Shown: in pieces, positions 59,036 through 64,000 of the stretch
Position numbering within the stretch: the stretch's first letter is position 1
Layout of the letters: the number at the start of each line of letters is the position of its first letter
Source of the DNA: Nitrospirae bacterium 13_2_20CM_2_62_8
Lineage (GTDB): Bacteria > Nitrospirota > Nitrospiria > Nitrospirales > Nitrospiraceae
Reading direction: 5' to 3'
Assembly: GCA_001914955.1 (NCBI GenBank)
Contig: MNDM01000034.1
Coordinates: 1 to 64,000 of the forward strand
Length of the DNA stretch: 64,000 nucleotides
Program-made: the position numbers and the translations under genes
Notes under the pieces: model-generated
The model's input: only the letters and a program-made list of their open reading frames with translations
Told to the model about the DNA's origin: nothing
The model's database searches: none

Positions 59036-59696
59036 CGCCGAGATAGGCTCGCTCCATGCCAAAGATGATCTTGAGCGACAGCGCCACGGCGCCCAGGCTG
59101 ATGCCGATCAGGATGGCTCGCCGCACGGCCGCATTGAGCACGTTCAGGATCCACTGCGTGACATCCCCGCTGACGGGCAGCAGCATCTCGCCCAGCGGAA
59201 CCCGCCCCATCATCACGATAATGGCCGCGATCAACAGCAGAGCCGCCTCGCGGCTACGGGCCCTAAACGAGCGATAGGCTGCTGAGGCGATGAAGAAGGC
59301 CAGGATCGCAAACATCGTCCCCTGGAGCGGGACCATCATGTCTGAATAGATCCAGCCGAAGGCCGTCACGATCCCGTTGATGGTCTCCTTCCCGTTCACC
59401 CACTGGCCGGCCGTGAAGCTGTAGCTGAACCCCGCGGCGATCGTCCCGAGAATCCCGCCGTAAAGGATTAGACTGTAGGCCCAACCGGGTTCCTTCCGCC
59501 GGATTTTCACCGCATGGATGTGAAATAGACTGGTCACTCCGAGCACCAGCGCGAACCCGCTGATGATCTGGAGCCACTTGGTGACCTCGGTGAGCATGAG
59601 TTCGGAAGTAGGATGCGGGACATAGTATTGCGCGGCGAAGACCACACCCGCGACGAACGTGATGAGCAGCGGCAACTGCCGCCTGAGGAAGATCAT
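59022..59696 (-). CDS. Hypothetical polytopic membrane protein (~6 TM)
   Basis: It is hydrophobic throughout, and its start overlaps the upstream gene stop by 4 nt. Confidence 0.45.
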   Translation of the reverse strand: MIFLRRQLPLLITFVAGVVFAAQYYVPHPTSELMLTEVTKWLQIISGFALVLGVTSLFHIHAVKIRRKEPGWAYSLILYGGILGTIAAGFSYSFTAGQWVNGKETINGIVTAFGWIYSDMMVPLQGTMFAILAFFIASAAYRSFRARSREAALLLIAAIIVMMGRVPLGEMLLPVSGDVTQWILNVLNAAVRRAILIGISLGAVALSLKIIFGMERAYLGGGKE

Positions 59697-60940
59697 TTGA
59701 GGTCCTTGAACAGGTCGAGGACGATCATCGGGAGGTCCGTCGCAAAAAGGACACCCACCGTGGCGAGCAAGGTCCCCAGTGCCAGCACGACCAGAATGAA
59801 CGCCTTGCCGAAGTCCTGCCCTCGCAACGTGCCCAACTGGATCGGCTCCCTCGACAGATAGGCGCTGGCCGCGTACAGCTCCTCGCCGATCAGGGTGTAA
59901 TCACAGGTCGTCACGAAAAAGGGCAATTGGTGATCCGAGTCCGTGCCGGCGATCTGGATCGCGCCGGTGCTGGCCCCGGTCTCGGTGAGCAGCAGGGCCT
60001 CGGCAAAATAGGACCCCATGAAGAAGTTCGCGGCCGGCTTGCGCCGAAGCATGATGCCGTCCACCGCCGCGGTGTAGCTGAACTGATCGGTGGTGATGAA
60101 GAAGTTCGAGTCTTCCCTGAACACGTCCGGCTTGCCCGCCTCCAGGTACGACTGTTTTGTGATCTCCTGGCAGACCGCCATGACGATCGGGTCCCGGTGC
60201 GGCACCAGCAGGTCGGTTTCATACGCCGCAACCCGTTTCGCCACGCGCCCCAGGATCACCGCGGCGGCGATCGTCGAGGGCTCGCTCATGTCGCCCGCGC
60301 CGGTCAAGTAGAGAATCGGCTTGCCCAGCTCAGTGGCCCGGCCGATCGCCTCATCCACCGCATCCAGGCCGGGAATCCGCCGCAGAAAGATCTCGCGCCG
60401 TTTCGCCGCTCTGATCGAACCGAACACCACGGCCCCGAACAGGAGGACCAGTAAAAGGTTGTTCATCTGATTCCAGTTGACCCAGTTGGGCGCGGGAACG
60501 GCCTGGACCGGCGCGGCCTCCACCCGCTCGGCGCCCTTCACGACCGCAACCGCCACGGCGTAGGGCGTTCCGTTCTTCAGCTCCAGACCTTTGCCGGATT
60601 TCAGGTTGAACTGATGCGCGTCCGGTCGGTCAACTCGGGTCCACCAAGGCCATCTCGAGTCACGGACGTAATGAGAATCAGCGGGAAACTCGGCCACCAT
60701 CTTCTTCTCGGCCCCGTCACCCAGCATAATCTGATAGCGGACCTCTGGAGCGTCGTAGCCGGCCCTGGCCCACAGGACAGTCAGCCCTTCTCCCGAATCG
60801 CTCGGCGTGTCAATGACCCGGAGATTCTGGGGCGGTGCGAAGGCTTGTTGGGCCCCCGCCTCTGGAGCCGTGAGGGGAAACAGGCATAGGCAGACAAGGA
60901 CAGCAAGTGGTCGCAGCATTCTGCAGCCGGCAGTCACCAT
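59693..60940 (-). CDS. Hypothetical envelope protein: signal peptide, ~130-aa extracytoplasmic domain, TM, ~200-aa domain, C-terminal TM
   Basis: MLRPLAVLVCLCLFPLTAPEAGAQQ signal peptide, and TM segments LLLVLLFGAVVFGSI and AFILVVLALGTLLATVGVLFA. Confidence 0.45.
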   Translation of the reverse strand: MVTAGCRMLRPLAVLVCLCLFPLTAPEAGAQQAFAPPQNLRVIDTPSDSGEGLTVLWARAGYDAPEVRYQIMLGDGAEKKMVAEFPADSHYVRDSRWPWWTRVDRPDAHQFNLKSGKGLELKNGTPYAVAVAVVKGAERVEAAPVQAVPAPNWVNWNQMNNLLLVLLFGAVVFGSIRAAKRREIFLRRIPGLDAVDEAIGRATELGKPILYLTGAGDMSEPSTIAAAVILGRVAKRVAAYETDLLVPHRDPIVMAVCQEITKQSYLEAGKPDVFREDSNFFITTDQFSYTAAVDGIMLRRKPAANFFMGSYFAEALLLTETGASTGAIQIAGTDSDHQLPFFVTTCDYTLIGEELYAASAYLSREPIQLGTLRGQDFGKAFILVVLALGTLLATVGVLFATDLPMIVLDLFKDLK

Positions 60941-60946
60941 TCAGCA

Positions 60947-62092
60947 TTACCCTTCCATGAGTTCCACATTAGCCCGAGGAATCACCGCCGAGGTGCCGTC
61001 GGCAAATGTCACGACCAGGACTCGAACGACGCTCTCCGTCTCGATCTGCCGCAGCTCTGTCGGCAACGCCGTCACCCGCCCGATCCGGCCGAACAGAGGG
61101 TCTCGAATGACGCGCACGTGGTCGTCGATCCTGATCCCGCTGCGCTCTGTGGCCGGGACCGCGCGGCCGGCCGACCCCGCATCCGGCGACCCGGTCGTCC
61201 AAGGGATGAGAATCTCCGGACGAATCACCCCTGCCCGGATCTGGGTCGCGCCTGAGATCGAGGCTTTCTGACCGGCATGCCCGGCCAGCAACTCGAAGGT
61301 CTTGGCCGCCATCGGGATCGTGCCGAACCCCTCGGTGATGACCAGCGTGAACCCCACCTGCTCGGTCCCCGTGATCGCCACGCCCAGGTCGTACCCGAGC
61401 AACTCCCGAAGGTCCTTGTCATGGATGCCGCCGACGACCAGGGCGGCGACGCCGATCTCCCGGGCTCGCTTCATGGTCTCGATCCCGAGAAACGCGCCGC
61501 CAGCGACGATCTTGTTCTTCATGGTGGGAAGCAACTGGGACGCGGACAAGGTCTTCTCCGGTGAGTCCACCGCCATCACGAGTTCTCCCCAAGTTTCCCC
61601 GCCGATGCCGAAAATACCCTGGACCATGCTGCAGGAAGTCTCGACCGTCACCCCGTGTGCGGGATGGAGGTCCACCACCGCCCCATCCACGTACGCCAGC
61701 CGCTCCAGCGGGCGTGGTGGCTCGCGCAGCAGCATCTGCCCTGTGATCGTGGAGACGGATTCCACTTTTCCCCGGATGGGCGAGCGGACCTCTGTTTTGA
61801 ACCATTTAATGAACGGTCTGTTCTCCGCGATGACTTCGTCCTGGCTAACGGCCTCCCCTTCCTTCTTGACCAGGTAGTCGCGGACCTCGTCCGGCGCGAC
61901 ACCGAGCAGGTTCGCCACGTTCACGACATGGACTTTTCCCGGCAACTCGGCCCGGGCCACCACGGTCTCTGCCCGGACACGGTCCCCGGCTTTGGCCAGC
62001 ACCGTGCCGGGAATCGGCAAGAGCCGGGGTTTTCTGATGACCGTCCGCTCCGTGACGGTCAAACCTGGTGTGTAGGCATGCCCCATAAACAA
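60947..62092 (-). CDS. Hypothetical soluble protein (381 aa) of unknown function
   Basis: No recognisable motifs. It is tightly linked (6-nt gap) to the downstream membrane-protein genes. Confidence 0.4.
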   Translation of the reverse strand: MFMGHAYTPGLTVTERTVIRKPRLLPIPGTVLAKAGDRVRAETVVARAELPGKVHVVNVANLLGVAPDEVRDYLVKKEGEAVSQDEVIAENRPFIKWFKTEVRSPIRGKVESVSTITGQMLLREPPRPLERLAYVDGAVVDLHPAHGVTVETSCSMVQGIFGIGGETWGELVMAVDSPEKTLSASQLLPTMKNKIVAGGAFLGIETMKRAREIGVAALVVGGIHDKDLRELLGYDLGVAITGTEQVGFTLVITEGFGTIPMAAKTFELLAGHAGQKASISGATQIRAGVIRPEILIPWTTGSPDAGSAGRAVPATERSGIRIDDHVRVIRDPLFGRIGRVTALPTELRQIETESVVRVLVVTFADGTSAVIPRANVELMEG

Positions 62093-62172
62093 CTAAGAGC
62101 GTATGGCTGATGGCAAATGGCACGGAGCCAAGAGTAAGCAGTTTCTGACCATACGCCCTACGCCATAAGCTA

Positions 62173-63996
62173 TCAGCTCTTCCCTGGATAGAGATCGACG
62201 GCCCGGTGCCAACGGATTAACGCTGCCAGTCGCTTTTGTGAATCGGTCGGCAACTGGAGGGGCCTTCCGCGGCCATCCAACAGGAGGCCGACCTCGCCGC
62301 CCCGCACGTCGCGCGTCACCGATACACCTTTGCCTTCGCCGAGATCCACCTGCTTGGCCGGTCGCAGCTCGATCTGCGCGCGGTCGTCGCGACCCAGGGG
62401 GAAGAGCCGCAACTCGCCGAAGGCGAGTGTCCCGCACTCCGGGCTGCGGCCCTCTCCGAACGTAATCGTATAGTCGGCACACCGTTCCCCGTCCTTGCCT
62501 CGTCCGATCGGAGCCACGCAGGTGCCCAGGTAGATCATGCAGTCCCGCACGAACACGTCCGTCGCAGCCTGCTCGTTCACGGTCGAGAGGACGCCCAGGT
62601 GCGGCATCATGAAGATGCTGTCCACGGACAGCCGGGTGACGCCGAGCGGTTCGTAGGCGTCCACCATCATCAGCATGGCCTGGACGCGGCGCGGCGCGTG
62701 CGACAGGATGCCGCCGCTCCCCACGATCAGGTCCAGTTGGAGCATGTCGATGAGCGACTCGCCTGAGGTCTTCTGTTCGAAAATATCCGAGATGGTGCGC
62801 TCCTGCTGTACGCCCTTGAGGCCGGTGGCCAGCGACGCGTGATGCGCCAGAGCCAGCCGCAAGGCTTCCCGCGCGATAGCCTGCTCGATCTGCAGCTCGT
62901 CGAGCGTCTGTGGAATCGTGGTCGGGCGGATCATCTTGTTCTTGATCCGGTTGCGCAGGGTCTGCTCTTCGATCGTGAAGGGCACCCAGCGTAGAATACT
63001 GGCCAAACCGGCTTCCGCCAGGACGTTGGAGACGCTGTAAGACAGTCCGAGATTCGCGCTGACGGTTCGGTTGAAGACGCCGCCGAAGACCGAGAACACG
63101 TCCGTCGTGGCCCCCCCGATGTCCACGCCGATCAGGTTGAGGTTCTCCTTCTTCGCGATCGTCTCCATGATGAGCCCGACCGCGGCAGGCGTCGGCATGA
63201 TCGGCGCGCCGGTCCACTCGAGCAACTTCTTGTACCCGGGCGCCTGGGCCATCACGTGTTCCAGGAACAGGTCATGGATCTTCGTGCGGGCCGGCCCCAG
63301 GTTCTCGCGTTCCAACACGGGACGGATGTTGTCGGTGATCACGAGCGAGGTTTTCCCGCCCAGGATCTCCGTGATCCGGTCCCTCGCGTCTTTGTTGCCT
63401 GCGTAGATCAAGGGAAGCTGATAACTGATGCCCAGCCTGGGACGAGGCTCGGCCGCCGAGATGTATTCGGCCATCTCGACCACGTGGGTGACGGTCCCGC
63501 CATCCGTCCCGCCGGAGAGCAGGATCATGTCGGGACGGAGCGAGCGGATCCGCTCGATCTTCTCGTGCGGCAGCCGGCCGTCGTTCGAGGCCAGCACGTC
63601 CATCACAATGGCTCCGGCGCCAAGCGCGCAGCGCTGCGCGCTCTCGCCGGTCATGCTCTGGACCGCGCCGGCCACCATCATCTGAAGCCCCCCGCCGGCG
63701 CTACTCGTCGAGATATAGATGTCCACGCCGACCCTCGGCTCGCCCTGGGCGGCGCGGTTCGGCGTAATGATGCGCTCGCCGTCCAGAATCTTACGGCCGG
63801 ACAACTCCTCCAACTCCGCGAGTGAGTTCAGGACTCCCCGCGTCACGTCTTCAAAGGGCGCCTCCACCGTGGTCGGAGCTTCGCCTCGAAAGGTCTGCCG
63901 GTATTCGTTGCCCAGTTTCTCGATCAGGATCGCTTTGGTGGTCGTGCTGCCGCAGTCGGTGGCAATGATCACGTGAAGCGGCTGCGCCGCGGTCAT
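62173..63996 (-). CDS. ASKHA (actin-like) ATPase-domain protein, GlmL/MutL-/EutA-/hydantoinase-A-like, with a ~130-aa C-terminal extension
   Basis: Two phosphate-binding DxGxT motifs: VIIATDCGSTTTKAILIE near the N-terminus and LIGVDIGGATTDVFSVFGG mid-protein. Confidence 0.5.
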   Translation of the reverse strand: MTAAQPLHVIIATDCGSTTTKAILIEKLGNEYRQTFRGEAPTTVEAPFEDVTRGVLNSLAELEELSGRKILDGERIITPNRAAQGEPRVGVDIYISTSSAGGGLQMMVAGAVQSMTGESAQRCALGAGAIVMDVLASNDGRLPHEKIERIRSLRPDMILLSGGTDGGTVTHVVEMAEYISAAEPRPRLGISYQLPLIYAGNKDARDRITEILGGKTSLVITDNIRPVLERENLGPARTKIHDLFLEHVMAQAPGYKKLLEWTGAPIMPTPAAVGLIMETIAKKENLNLIGVDIGGATTDVFSVFGGVFNRTVSANLGLSYSVSNVLAEAGLASILRWVPFTIEEQTLRNRIKNKMIRPTTIPQTLDELQIEQAIAREALRLALAHHASLATGLKGVQQERTISDIFEQKTSGESLIDMLQLDLIVGSGGILSHAPRRVQAMLMMVDAYEPLGVTRLSVDSIFMMPHLGVLSTVNEQAATDVFVRDCMIYLGTCVAPIGRGKDGERCADYTITFGEGRSPECGTLAFGELRLFPLGRDDRAQIELRPAKQVDLGEGKGVSVTRDVRGGEVGLLLDGRGRPLQLPTDSQKRLAALIRWHRAVDLYPGKS

Positions 63997-64000
63997 CTGA

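Overview
This is a high-GC (~60%) bacterial chromosomal window. The gene content (copper nitrite reductase NirK, pyruvate phosphate dikinase, heterotetrameric GlyQS, a sigma-54 regulator) is consistent with a Nitrospira-like organism, but I could not run a database search to confirm this. Most of the window is housekeeping: ribD, ppdK, glyQ/glyS, tkt, pepP, ppiB and an asmA-family gene. The accessory and regulatory content includes:
- A partial pilY1-like gene next to an orphan OmpR-family regulator.
- An Rrf2 regulator paired with a TauE exporter.
- A Crp/Fnr (NnrR-like) regulator next to nirK with an FNR-type box.
- An AT-rich island of about 4.5 kb (18.1-22.6 kb) carrying DUF899 and a DUF3365 heme protein.
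- A tripartite RND efflux operon.
- An orphan modA.
- An SPFH lipoprotein cluster.
- A CHASE3 histidine kinase with a sigma-54 response regulator.
- A HEAT-repeat protein coupled to an HD-GYP phosphodiesterase.

Most worth a second look:
1. rtcB is interrupted by a ~504-aa intein with a LAGLIDADG homing endonuclease. It sits in an archease-rtcB operon, with a highly structured GC-rich intergenic RNA candidate and a translationally coupled orphan SdhB-like Fe-S protein.
2. Two families of non-coding repeats occur: a ~300-bp hairpin-rich element in two direct copies flanking a ~7.5-kb block, and a ~180-bp MITE-like element bounded by perfect 18-bp terminal inverted repeats.
3. PPDK carries a Cys4 zinc-ribbon insertion and a low-complexity C-terminal tail.
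4. A tightly packed 7-gene minus-strand operon (56.1-64.0 kb) holds an ASKHA-type ATPase, four uncharacterised membrane proteins and an N-terminally extended MEMO1-family protein. I could not place this in a known system.

No rRNA, tRNA or CRISPR was detected. All calls come from reading the sequence and translations by eye, so coordinates of starts and repeats are approximate (+/- a few nt).
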